Under the pieces are notes generated by a model. It saw only the letters and a program-made list of their open reading frames with translations, had not been told where the DNA came from and ran no database searches. A stretch of DNA of 61,706 bases, counting the filler, from Sluysia triapertura (lineage: Eukaryota), in assembly GCA_046118255.1 (NCBI GenBank). It is 5 parts of 5 records of this genome, joined end to end, with 100 filler letters (N's around TTAATTAATTAA, not from the genome) between each part and the next. Parts side by side here need not be neighbours in the genome. Positions count along the whole stretch, not along the records: positions 23,415 to 36,507 come from JBJNIA010060317.1; positions 36,608 to 49,322 come from JBJNIA010087577.1; 3 more parts are not named here. The stretch is one strand, 5' to 3'. Both the position numbers and the translations under genes were made by a program. Shown here piece after piece: positions 29,381 to 42,274 of this stretch. The stretch's first letter is position 1. Each line of letters opens with the position of its first letter.

Positions 29381-32300
29381 GAACTTGTTAATTTTGAGAT
29401 CATCTAAGATTCTAATAACCTTTAACTATTCTGGAAACCTTGATAAGCATCAAAGATCTTCGGGTAAAATGATTGAGAAATAAAATCTTTGTTCAAAATA
29501 ATAAAGTTAAGTTCATTATAGCAATAATTAACATGAAGAAGTAGAAAAAGGAATCAGAGAGGTGAAGGTGAAAACATCTAGAGCTTCCTGTATGCCTTAT
29601 TAACTACTAAATAAAACCTTTAAACATAGAATAAGATTAAGTCTATAAATACATTAGTTAATTAAAAGTCTTAATTAACTTAATTAAGAAAAGTACGTTT
29701 TTGTGAATAACTTTTGAATGCGGAATGCTGTGTAAATTTGAAACTGTGTATATTTGTTTTGAAAAGACTTTTCGATGAAGGTATGGTTTGACCGAGTTCA
29801 TGCAAGGAATGCCTTAATATTGAGCAAAGACAAATTTTAATTAATTGTTAAGTCAATGACTAAAGTCCGAAAATCTAAATCTAAATATCAACTTGTAAAT
29901 CTAAATATCAATTTGTAAATAGAATTAAAAATATGTGCAATAAAGATTAAAATTTAACTTTACAGTTTGTTTTGTATAAATCAATATTTGTAATAAATTC
30001 TAAAAATAGAATTCGTAATAGAATTTTGTATAAATTATTAATATTTTTGTATACATTATTAATATTAATTTTTGTAGTATTATTATTATGACTGTATTAT
30101 TTATTATTGTTATTGTTTATTATTGTTATTATTTTCATTATTTCTTTAAATATATTAAATTTCAAAAAGTAGGTCAAGGTAACCAAATTTTATATAAAAA
30201 CATTGCATAAATTTTAAAATCACACAATTTTCTAAACAATACGATCGACTTAGTTGGAAATAGTTTTCTTTTTAAGAAGGCGGATTCTTTACTTGCATCG
30301 AAATTATTTAAAAGGAAATTTCAAAGAGGCTAATTTTTGTACCAAAATCATTAGAGAGAACGTACGAAAATTTCGAGGACAATTTTACGAATACCTTTGT
30401 CGAAGGAGTTATTTTCGAAAAATATTGTCTATTAAATACGTTAGTACAACTTATTATAAGTTTTTTGCACTTTTAATCGTTTGTAAAATTCATTTTTAAT
30501 ATATTTTTCTTTCAAAACCCCCTCTTTTAAGAAGGAGGAAATCATACAAATATATATTGATTATAACATAATCTAGTAAAATTTTATTTATATTTTGTTA
30601 AATTGTATAATTTTTATTTTTTCATTAATAAACCTTCTTATTCGAATTATAATTTTATTTAATAATTTTTAAGGTCCCCGATTTTATTCGGAGATAACAT
30701 ATTACATTAAAATTTTGAAAATAATCGAATAAAGTAATTAAGGTATGCCGTTTTTACACGGTCGCAAACTACACGTAAAATACTTTTGAAGTTTTGTTAA
30801 TTTTCAGTTAATTAAATAACCAATTTGCTAACATAAAAATACAGATTTATGCATTATTAAATTTTCATTGTTAAGTTTCTGCTAAGAAACAATCTGTTTG
30901 AGAACCTCCATAATTTCTTCTAAGATACTGCCTGCAACTTAGCCTTTAAGTGTGTAAGTCTAAGATTGTAGGGAACTCACGTTAAGAATACATAAGATTT
31001 ACCTTCTTCATATTCACTTTTTAACAAAGTCAAATGTAGGATTATGTTCTTTGAACCATTTATGAAATTGTGTGTTTCAAATTTTTCTATTGTGTTCTTC
31101 AAAAAATAAAATTACTCTCCAAACTGAATTAGTTATTAAACCTACTTACTGTTATATATATACTATTCATTCAATAAACAATGATGGTTTATTTCCGTTT
31201 AAAAAACAATAATATTCATTTAAACAATAATTACTTATTATTATAATATTATTGTCAATATACGCACAGCTATTATTTGACCTTTATTATTTGATGCACA
31301 ATTATTATATATACTTATCGAGTTTTTAGTTTATTACTTGACGTTTATTATTCGATAATATACAATTATTATATACATTTATCAATTTTTATTAAACATT
31401 TTTGAACATTCATTTGGAATTTTATTTTTGAACTTTATTTGAATATTTCAAATTTTATAAAAGTAATTTTTATTTTTTATTTTTTAACTGTAATTTTTGA
31501 AATAATTTTTAAATTGTAATTTTATTTAAATTAAGAAATTAAGAAAAATTAACATGATCAGAAAAAAGCTTTAATTTTAAAAAATTTTAAAGATTTTGTT
31601 TTAATAAAATTATTAATTTTGTTTTAATTCGGTCAGGGCCGAATTGACACTATATAAGGCAATAAATTTTAAGACACAATGCACAATTTCATTTTACACA
31701 ATTTCATTTTGCAGTTCAATTTCATTTCGACAAATTCTTTTCAAAAGTTTTTAGTGCACAATTTCATTTATTAGTTTTATTCCAACAATTTCTAACAGTT
31801 GCAACGATTTCATTGAAGACGCATTCGCGAGTTACAACGATTAAACAATTTTAAAGATTTTGATCACGTTAGTTTAATTGCTTTTAAGGAAGGTACTGTG
31901 AAGTTTCATAAGTAATATATACGTAAATTTCTGTGCATAATTATTGGATCTTTTCACAGATCTATAAGCAAAATCATTATCGTTAAATTCTCTTAGTAAG
32001 AAAATTAACGAATAAATTACAAAACTTTCTTTTGATTTTGTTATTATAAATTACACAGTTTAATTGTAAAATCTCTTGTTCTGTTTCATGCTTTCAACCG
32101 CTAGAATTTACTTCTAGCTATGTAAAATCATCTTCAAAGATTCAGTATAAAGGAATAAACGCAAAATCTATTTATAAATTTAATTATTATTAAACTATTT
32201 TTGAAATTTAATTGCCTCCAGAAGATCAAGCATTTTTAGAGTCCTTTAGCATACATTATATTCTTTGAGACTTACTTTTAGCTGGTAAGCCCAGTACGTT

Positions 32301-33756
32301 GGTGAACTCACTTTAAGCTTTAATTTTTATTCTATTACTTTACCTTTCTCATATTATTATTAAATTATTATTCGATTTGTTATTTAGATTTTTTATTTTA
32401 TAATAATAATAATTATTCTAATTTATATTAGTTTTTCAATCATGTTAGAACAAGATTTAATAATAATAATAATCATAATGTTGAGGTAAAGGTCTAAAGT
32501 GCCATTTAGAATGATGATAGCATGATTTAGTTGTTTATTTATTGTAACACAAATCAAAATTATAATTAAGATTAAGTTTTACTTTGAATTTTAAGATTCG
32601 AATTTTAATTTAGTAAGAGTTTTAAATTTAATTTGATTAAAGACGCGACAATAATTCTTGAATAGTATTCAAATATAAATCAGTTAAGGTTTTTTTATAA
32701 TGAAATTACTAAAAGCAATAACTCACCTTTCAAGAATTCTTTCGATTTACACCAAAAATATCTAGACAAATATAAGTTCAAGTACGACGACGATAAAGTT
32801 CGTATTATGATTCATAACAGTGATAATCTTCCAAAACTACATAATTGACATAGCTTCGCGGCTAATGAAATCTGTAGGTTGATCTTTGAATTGCAAGAAT
32901 CAACATCATTCCTAATATATTCGCTATTTCGGCTATATGTTCCGAATATTTGATATTTTCTTACGTAAAACATTTACCTGAGGATATTTCTTAAACATTG
33001 ATTTAGTGATACGGTTTTGTTGTCAGAATCAAAAATTTATATTTAGCTTTATTAGTTTTGGATGGTCGAGGGTTTTGTAGGTTTTCAGTAATAGGTAGGT
33101 ATATTTTTGTTGATTGAATTAAGAAATTAGCTTTAACTTCGTTTGTTGCAGACGGTGGAAGATTATGATCATTTATGTGATTTTTAATTAAGAACGAAAT
33201 TGACAGAATGAAGAATGGACTGTAAGTTAGAACAGTATTTATGTTGTATAGAGAGTGTTTAGGATATCTATTACAAACATATTGCAAAACGTTACATTTA
33301 AAATGGTTAATGAAAGCAAAAGGTGCGTGTGAGTGACAACCGTAGCAAAAAAATAATACAAGAATGTTTAAGTGTATAATGAGTACGGTGAATAACTAAA
33401 ACGAATTTTCGATACATAATTTAAATTGTGAGAGTTACATTTATAATTTTCGTGAAAATTATTCAAACAAATTAATCAAAATTAATAAAACAAATTATTC
33501 AAAACACATATTATTTGACTATGAAATACTTTATTTATAATAAAAGTAAAGTACTTTATTTTTCTTGACAATTTTTATGAAAAAACACTTCTTTACTCTT
33601 CATAGCCTTCTTAAGGGCTGTTAAATTAATTAATTAAACTTGTGAATATTAAGAGATACTGTTTCGGATTTCTGAATAACATCAAAATTTTCAGGCGAGA
33701 AGTATTCACGATTAAAGGAAATTGTCTCTTGAATTGACATGCATTTATGTGAAATT

Positions 33757-34215
33757 TCATATCGCGATTAAAGTGAAATAACAACCAAAGAGGTTTATTT
33801 GAATGGATAACTTTTGTCGGCCATAGTTCTGTTTAAATCGTATAAACATTACTGGATCATCTTTGGCATACTCAAAAGCAAATTCATCTGATTCTACAAA
33901 ATCTCTAAATTCAATTGTTTCACAAATTTTGTATGACAAATTTATCATGGCTGTTAATACAGATTCCTACTCAAATGAGACGGCAATCCTACGAAATGAT
34001 CGATCACTGATTAATGTATTAACTTCGTATTCAATAGGTTTAGAGGATATCACGCATTTTGACATATTCAAATTCATACTGACCAAAACTATATAAGATG
34101 GTATTTTTTGAGCTGAAGTTATCGGTATAAAAAAACTAGTTGATTCCGACTTCCAAATATCAAACAAGTATATAATGAATCTGTATGTCGAAGTAAGGTT
34201 AACGCCATGTTGCAA
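33757..34215 (-). pseudogene. Intronless relic ending in an F5/8 type C (discoidin)-like motif
   Basis: Two ORFs in the same frame separated by one TAG. C-terminal DPVMFIRFK...LSIQINLFGC resembles the discoidin end motif LRxELxGC. Confidence 0.4.
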
Positions 34216-35842
34216 TTCTTTTTTTAAACCAAAAAATATGGATTATATTTTTTTCAATTAATAATTATTTATTTTTTATTTATTGGAAACTTAATTAAAA
34301 TTTTAATTAAGATTCAATAAACTATGTATGTATAACATAAAATATAATGTAATTTTTACTTCAAAATTCCATATAGTATCCTATCATGAAGCTGGTGTGT
34401 TAATATTTAAACAACGCTGCTAACTGTACATATATGTGACACAATATTTTCTTTATAATAACGTTTTTTAAAAATTTATTAGAATTTCTTGAAGCAAAAA
34501 TTATTTTAATAGGAATAATAATTTAGGAATATCATCAGAAACACAGTTATAATTATATTTCTAATTTAATATTATATCGATATAATAAAAATTCGATAAA
34601 TATTTAATCTGATCTATATTTAATTCACGAACAAAACATAACAAAATAAAACTTTATTTGGATAAGGAATTATTAAATGATTGATTATAACTTTGCATAA
34701 TTGTAAAATATAAAATGCTTCTTGAATTATGTAATTTTACAACTACATCTTTATTATTGTAATTATTTTGACACAGTTCACTTTTAGTGCGTTCATAAAT
34801 GTAAACATTGGCATCTTTAAGTTTATCGTGGATTGTTGAAAGCGTCCAATAAACGCAAACATTAAAAAATTATGCTACAGTTTCTTTACAAAAATAAATG
34901 TTATTTATTGAATTGAATTTCTTTTCATTTGGAACGAGAATTCCGTAAATATTCATTTTCAAATGAATAAAAACAATTAAAAAATGACAAGAATAAAACA
35001 ATAAAAATATTATTATTATTATTATTATATGTCAAAGGTTTTGAAAGTAAGTAATTTTTATGTGTGAGTAAAGAAAAGCTGAAGAAGTGAGAAAGGACAA
35101 TGTTAATGTTATTTTGCGTTTTAGTTATAACGAGTAATTATTGATATAATTGGAATAAATTATATACTTGGCAACTGATAAGGTGTGTTGGGAAGTTTTT
35201 CTTATTTATTTTTATTTTGTGTGAGTAGAGGGTATAAAATTTAACTTATGGAATTGACCACTACCAGTGTCTATCCTATTACAAATCTTATTTAATGACT
35301 CAGAAAAAGTGTGGAAATTACTTAATTTACGCAGAAATAAAGCATAAGTTGTATAATTTATAAGAATAAGTAAGTTATAAATAAGTATTATTGAGGACTT
35401 AAGATAAAACATTATGTTAATAAAATAAGTGTATAAAATATTTACATCAAAATAAAAGAAAGAATATAAGATTAAAATATGACTGTACTTGTTAATTGAT
35501 TTAATTAAAAATTCCTTAATTTAATAATTTCGCGAAAAAATGTCGGACGAAAATATCGTAAACGAAGCAGTAATTATAATTGTTTTTATATCATTTTCAT
35601 TACGGTATTAATATTTTTATTAATAAAACCGATTAATAAATTAAATAAAATCAAAATAATCAAAAAATCTATTAGAAAAAATAACATTAAATATATTAAA
35701 AATCCATTAATTTTATCCAAATAAAATCCATTATCAAAAATTTATGACATTATTGCTATTTATTTTATCATTGTTCCATTAATTGCTTTTAGAGTGAAAT
35801 GATTTTTATTCAAAATTATTATTATTGTTAGACTTCATAAAA

Positions 35843-35923
35843 TGGACTCACCGGGAATCGAACTCAGGACCTTCTTGCTTCACAACTGTGGAGTTCGATG
35901 TTCTACCACTGAGCTATCATTAC
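35843..35923 (-). pseudogene. tRNA-Ala-like Pol III unit (tRNA pseudogene or SINE head)
   Basis: A box TAGCTCAGTGGTAGA, variable loop AGGTC, B box GAGTTCGATTCC, 3' acceptor TGAGTCC-A. The partner copy at 36500 starts GGGCTGA, which would give G3:U70. The anticodon arm is degenerate, with about 9 extra nt. Confidence 0.75.
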
Positions 35924-36008
35924 CGTCTAACAATTTTGTTTTATGATAGTCAGTTATACTACCATCATTCTATGGAAGTTTAGGCCTGTAACCCAATATT
36001 ATTATTTA

Positions 36009-36057
<49 letters not shown>

Positions 36058-36430
36058 GTGTTGAGGAGGAAGCAGATAGAAGCAGAAGCATATTTTAATT
36101 AACTCAATAACTCGACATATTAAATTTAATTGATTTTGATCTGTTTCATTGATTTTATTATTTACATTTGTTGACTCTATTATTTATTTTCTTGAAATTA
36201 CTTATGTAAATATTATTATTATTATATAAATATAAATTTATTTAGCTAAAATATATAAATTAAAATATAAATCGATTAGTAAAAATATAAATTGGTTAAA
36301 AATATAAAATATATTGATGAAATATATTAAAGTATAAATTTGTTTTAATTGTCTATAGTGATTATAAATATTTAAAATAAATTAAAATATAAATTTATTT
36401 TAATTGTCCAATTACAAAAATAAACAAAAT

Positions 36431-36507
36431 TGTTGGGGTATAAGGCCTAAAAGTGCCATTTGGGAAAATTGAATATGATAAAAATGAAATTGTTAGATGG
36501 GGCTGAT
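36431..36507 (+). repeat. Second copy of the TGTTGGGGT-leader/tRNA module, cut by the contig end
   Basis: Aligns to the reverse complement of 35916-35998; a third, leader-only copy is at 32479-32528. Confidence 0.75.
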
Positions 36508-36607
36508 NNNNNNNNNNNNNNNNNNNNNNNNNNNNNNNNNNNNNNNNNNNNTTAATTAATTAANNNNNNNNNNNNNNNNNNNNNNNNNNNNNNNNNNNNN
36601 NNNNNNN
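36508..36607. other. Artificial contig-joining linker
   Basis: 44N-TTAATTAATTAA-44N. Confidence 0.97.
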
Positions 36608-38408
36608 TCTTTTCTTATGATTCATTACAAAAGGGTCAGTTAAAAATTCGAATTGGAGTACATTCCGGTTAGTTGTCATTTTGTGTTCTTTATTATTTAT
36701 TAAATTGTAATTATGTGAAATATTATTTGAAATATTACACGAAACTTGAGCCTTTTCTTAATGGATCTTATTTTATTAGAATTACATTAGACTTCTTTAG
36801 ATGGACTGTGATGATTTCTGATTATTCTACTGCTGAACACAGCTCAGTTTACTTATTTATACTATTAGCTTTATTTGGAACTTTAAATTTTATCACATTA
36901 TAAATAAATAAATAACTTACAAATTATTTTAAAGATCTTGCGTCAAATAAAATATTCGGATATAATTATGGATGTGTTTTGAATTAAATACGAAAATTTG
37001 AAGTAATTGTCAAAAGAATTTGAGCCACAGTTCTTGAATTAATTTGAGTTAGTCCACACATTTATGATTAATTAAATAACCAAACAATTTAACAACAATT
37101 GAAGTACTCAAATGTATCGATATATAAGGTTAAAACTAAAATCTAATTTCAATTTCTAATATTTTTTGCACGGTTACTTTATTAAATTTTATTATTTATG
37201 TCGTCTCTGACATAAATTCAAATATTTAGATACAAAGATATTTTGTCCTTATTTAAAATAGGCCTTGAAAAATGTATTTACATTAAATTATCCCAATGAA
37301 AATGTCTTAATACATTGTCTCATGAATTCTTTGTTTCATATTCACCATATAGTCTAAGTGTGGTTTGAATAGGGTTCCTGAATGTTTCATCATTTCAAGA
37401 AACATTTTTAAGGATCAATACAAAGTGAAGGAATAATCTAACTGTTCAGATGCATTTCCTGAATTATTGGATCGCTGGTACAATAAAACCTTTGCTAAAT
37501 ATGTTAAAAATAAAACAAAACGAATTTTAAAAAATTCAAATATAAAAATGCATTTACATAATATTTTATTTATGCGTGATAGAAGTGAAAATGTTGTGTT
37601 ATTATGTGATTTATATGGTTTATTACTATTAGATAAGTTAGATTTATCATATTTAATTTCAATTGTAATGTACATAAAATTCACAATACCTAATTTTAGT
37701 AATTCACAGTCGCTAGAAATATTTATTTGCCTCTTACTTAAGCTCTTATTACTCATAGATATATTTAATTTTAGTCAAGTTTAATTTTAATTTAGTTAAA
37801 ATCAAATAATCGTGTTTTAAATGTGTGTATACGATGGATACAAATGTTCAATTCTAAATTCGCTTTAAATCTTTCGTAGGTAAAATTATTTCTTATTTCT
37901 TTTTCTTATTCTTTTTAAATTACAATAAAAAGGGGAAAATTATCTAAGAAAAAAAATGAGCTAAAAATTTAACTGACCACAATTTAAAAGAAAAAATTTA
38001 TTTTAGAGTTTATAAATTTTATATATTGAACTGTTCAAATGTTATATAGTTTAAGTTTGTGTCGTGCAAAGTGTGAAGTCTTAATGTTGCAATTTTAGGT
38101 ACAATTTGAATCACCAAACGTGATATCAAATTTATTATTTATATTAGTTTTGAAATATTTTATATATTCCAGTTTAAGGCAACGTTTTTTTTGACTTAAA
38201 ATATTTTAATTCATCACATTTTTATTATCAACAAATGTATTTTTATTTGATTTATTTTAGTTATTTGAAAGGTCATTGTACTATTAAAAAAACTGAGCCT
38301 TGCAAGATAATAAAAATAGTATATTATTTTAATTTTATTTTGAATAATTGTGATAAAAAGTGTTAAATATTATCATTTTTAGTTTTGTAACATCAATTTT
38401 GAATATAG

Positions 38409-38507
38409 GTAAAGTAGCAACAGGAGTTGTCGGATATAAGATGCCTAGATATTGCTTATTTGGAGATACCTTAAAGATTGCAGAATTAATGGAATCAAGT
38501 GGTGAAG
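38409..38507 (+). CDS. Guanylate cyclase catalytic-domain exon (receptor GC-like)
   Basis: 99-nt phase 1-1 exon between TATAG and GTTAGT, encoding (G)[32 protein letters not shown]. Confidence 0.9.
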
Positions 38508-40740
38508 GTTAGTATTCGATTTTGTAATGAAATATTAAATTGTCATTTATTATTCAATTAGGTATTAAACATAAATGAAATATAATTTAATCATTCATAG
38601 ATCAATGTGCGATTCATTTTAATTTTGTTAATTTTAGTAATAGTTAATTCACAATTAACTTTGCAGAGTACTGATACATAAAAATTACACAAATATATAA
38701 ACCACAGGTGACGTAACTAAAGCTGCCGTATCTCTAATATAATTAATATAATGTATAAAATTAATGTAATTACGCTTAAATTAAATAATAACTAATTTCA
38801 GTCTTTTAATAAATCAATGTCGTTATTGATTCTCACACCAATTATTGTGAAATATGTAAGGAAATCAACTCGCTTAAATAGCATTTTTCTGATCCTCGTT
38901 TATTTAATCTAATATTAATATTAATCTAAATTAAAATTATTATAAAATTAGAATAACCAGCAAAATTATTAGTTGTAAAGTAATTCAACATTGTCAAGAG
39001 ACAAATTTATTATCCGACTTGAATAAGCTCTTCTTCGGCTAATATTAACAGTGAGATATAATGTATAATTAGCGATTAAAGAAGCTCAACCAATAGAACA
39101 GAATAAATACAAGGAAAGACCCTATCAACTTCACATAAGCGGAATACTATGAATTATATATTATACAAAAATCCTGTAAGCGCATCACTCAAGCAGTATT
39201 AGCAGTATACTATAGGCAAGCTCTAAATTTAAGATTATTTTGTAAATGATTTTCATTAAGAGAAAACATGTGCAATTAATAATATAAATTTAATCTTAAA
39301 CTATTATTGAAGTTACTGCTTTAGTTGCTTTTGTGGATGACGAGTGTTGTGAAAATAGATGATTAAATATGTTTAAACGATTTAAACTCAACTTCAAATA
39401 ATATTTAATAATTACGTTAATGAAATTATTTATTTTTACTTTAGTAATAAATATATAAATTATGAATATTTCGTAATTAAACTTTGGATAAATTCTTATT
39501 TTTTTTATTAACTTGTTAGACATAAAAATCAACAAAAAAGACTTTATTTTTCTAGAATTTACAACATTTAAGTATGAATTTAAATTTTTACCAAAGTTTA
39601 TTGTTTTCTGAGTGCACCTTGCCAACTGTTATTATTTGTTTCTTTAATATTACGATCGTTCTTGTGATGAATTGGATTTGAAGTCAATTCACTTATCAGG
39701 TAGTGAATTCTACTCAGATGTCCGAATGAATTTGAGCCCAAGCCAAAATTGTTTTTAATTCGACAACATTGTGTGCAGACATACATTGTTTATCATATCT
39801 GGAACATTCCGCATTCAGTATTGTGATATAAGGTCAAACAGCGGTTTTAAAAAACAATAATGATCATTATTTGCTGGAACAACTTTACATGTTTGAAATT
39901 TCATTACTCTTGTGGATGGTGTTGACAACTTGACTAAATTGTTCGTTCTAACAGTATCGATGTCTACTGTTATAAAATACAGATCAATTTTTATGTTACA
40001 ATTACAAAGAACACAAACACAAACTTAATATTTTGAATTCTAATCAATATTTTGAATTTATATTTAGTCAATTTTTAATTGGAAAATTTGATAATATTTA
40101 TAAAATTAATTGGAAATTTAATTTACGAAAGTAAGTATTATTATATTTTAATTAAGATTTTAATTATTTATCACAGTCATCACATCAAAATTTTAAATAT
40201 TTTTATTTTATCAATTTTGTTTCGTTAATATCAAGGTCATTGGACCTCATATAAATACTACTAACTTTTAACATAAATAACAACAATTTTTTTATAAATC
40301 TTTACAATTGATTTTTGATATAAAATTCTTAACCACGCTAATAGCAGCGATAATTTTCGACGATCAGTAATATTGATAGCAAATCCAAAGAAGACATTCT
40401 AATTTAACGTTTCTGTATACATCGTTAGTTTTTGTTTATAAGATTTTCCTCGCAGTTTATCACACTGAATTTTTAAAATATAACTTAAATTCTAATACAA
40501 CATAAAATAACTATCATTTAACGATAGCTGATTAAAATCAATTTCTAAATTATTCGATTTAACTGATTATTCATTGCAATAATCCTTATTAAAATTTTTT
40601 ATATATATTATATATTTGTAATTTATTTGTTGTAATAATTTTCTTTTGTACATATACGTTTGCTGATTGTATAAATTTTAATAAACTTATTAAAAAACAT
40701 TTATTTTGATATTCTTTGTATTTGAAATTACAAAAAGAAA

Positions 40741-40839
40741 AGGTTCCACATAAGAACCTCATTAAACTATTGATAATATATTTAAAGGTTCAATTTAAGA
40801 ACCTAATTAAAATCATTAACTGGTTCGAAGTAAGAACCA
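40741..40839 (+). repeat. Array of three (A/T)GGTTC-N4-TAA-GAACC(T/A) hairpins
   Basis: Copies at 40741-40759, 40786-40804 and 40821-40839, each followed by xATTAAA. Confidence 0.85.
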
Positions 40840-40974
40840 AATTAAAATCTTAATAAATTAAAATAAAGTGAATTCCAATAAAATCCTCCATTTAGGACAT
40901 AGGCATTTTGTAACATCATAATCTAATTACTTTAACTAATTTCGCATAAAAAATCCAACGGTTGGCCATATTAA

Positions 40975-41001
40975 GTAAGTCCAATACGTTGGTGGACTCA
41001 C
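40975..41001 (+). other. 27-bp dispersed motif GTAAG...ACTCAC (PBS-like or palindromic site)
   Basis: Copies at 40975 (+), 32285 (+), 30954 (+) and 46103-46129 (-). Confidence 0.65.
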
Positions 41002-42274
41002 GCTAATTTCTGCTTATTTATTCTGTGATACACCTCACACATTTTCTTACAAAAGATTCATAAAATTTTATAAGAACTTAAATAGCCTCAAAGTTCACAA
41101 TTTTTGAAGATAATTTCAAGTTTCTTCAAAGATGTCAAAATATTCCAAAAATCTTTGGAATATTTAAGGTTTTCTTTAGTTCTAAAATGATTATAGATGT
41201 TTTCATCATTGTTCTTATTAATTGAACCAAATTTTTATGGTGATAGCCATCGTTTTTCCTCAAAGAACACAGTCTTCAATTATATCTTCGTTTATTTCTT
41301 CACTCGCACTAAATTATAATAAGCTGATTTCCTTCCATTCGTTTGACCACATCTATTAATGTTTTAACTATCTGTTTTCGATGTTAAACTTCCAACTATT
41401 CATTGTAGCATCTCGTTTCTTAACGATATACAAACCAAATTATAATAAATTAACATTACGCAAATTTAATGTAAATTTTACTGAGATATGTTGTCTGGAA
41501 ATATTGGTATCACACTGCATTGTCACCAGTTCGAAGTGCCACTTATTTTAAGGCGTTATTCACTAGATATTCCCAGTGGATTTGTTTAAGGAAATTTGGA
41601 GTCCACTTAAAATTTTACTAAAATAGTTCGTCGCTTTCACAATATGTAATTAGTTGAAATATAATATCATCGGTCTTATTTATCGTGTCATGTGTAGTGT
41701 TGGGTTTAGTCAAAAGTGAAACTACAACTTATAGAATAAGAATAAAACAAATTTGTATGATGGATTATATTTGTTAATTAGATATTATGATAAAATATAG
41801 AAAATAATCAGTACCCTTTTTATTCTACTAACTTTACTAATTTTAATAATCAGTTATTGTCTTCCCGTTTCAGATTCTAAGTTGTTGGTTAAAATGTTTT
41901 ATTTTTATAGTAGATTTATTTTGACTTAATAATTTGGTGCACATGAAAACGTAATTATTTTATTTCGATTAATAATACTAACAAATTATTGTTAAACTAA
42001 TTATTTTATTTTAAGCTTTTTTCAAAAAAACAGTAATAAATGTTAATCGAAAAAAATAACCATGAACATATTTTAAACTTAATGTATATTTTCTCAATCA
42101 TTTTATTTACTTATCTTAAATTAAGATTATATCTTTAGTCATTATTTTTACAAAATAAATGTAGTTTATTTATATAGTTCATGGTTCTTATTTTTAGATA
42201 TTACTTTAAATATATTAATTCAATCGAAATTTTTCATGTTATTTATGGTATAACATTTTAATTTTACTTGTAAA

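Noticed and set aside
33951-33970. 20-nt GT...AG micro-intron that would remove the in-frame stop
   Set aside because: Removing it shifts the frame into an early stop, and it is much shorter than the 35-41 nt introns seen here.
35843-35923. Functional tRNA-Trp(CCA) with intron
   Set aside because: The acceptor and anticodon stems do not pair in this copy, and the acceptor features fit an Ala origin better.
40741-40839. CRISPR array
   Set aside because: Only 3 short units with variable loops and uneven, partly similar spacers; no cas genes; eukaryotic context.
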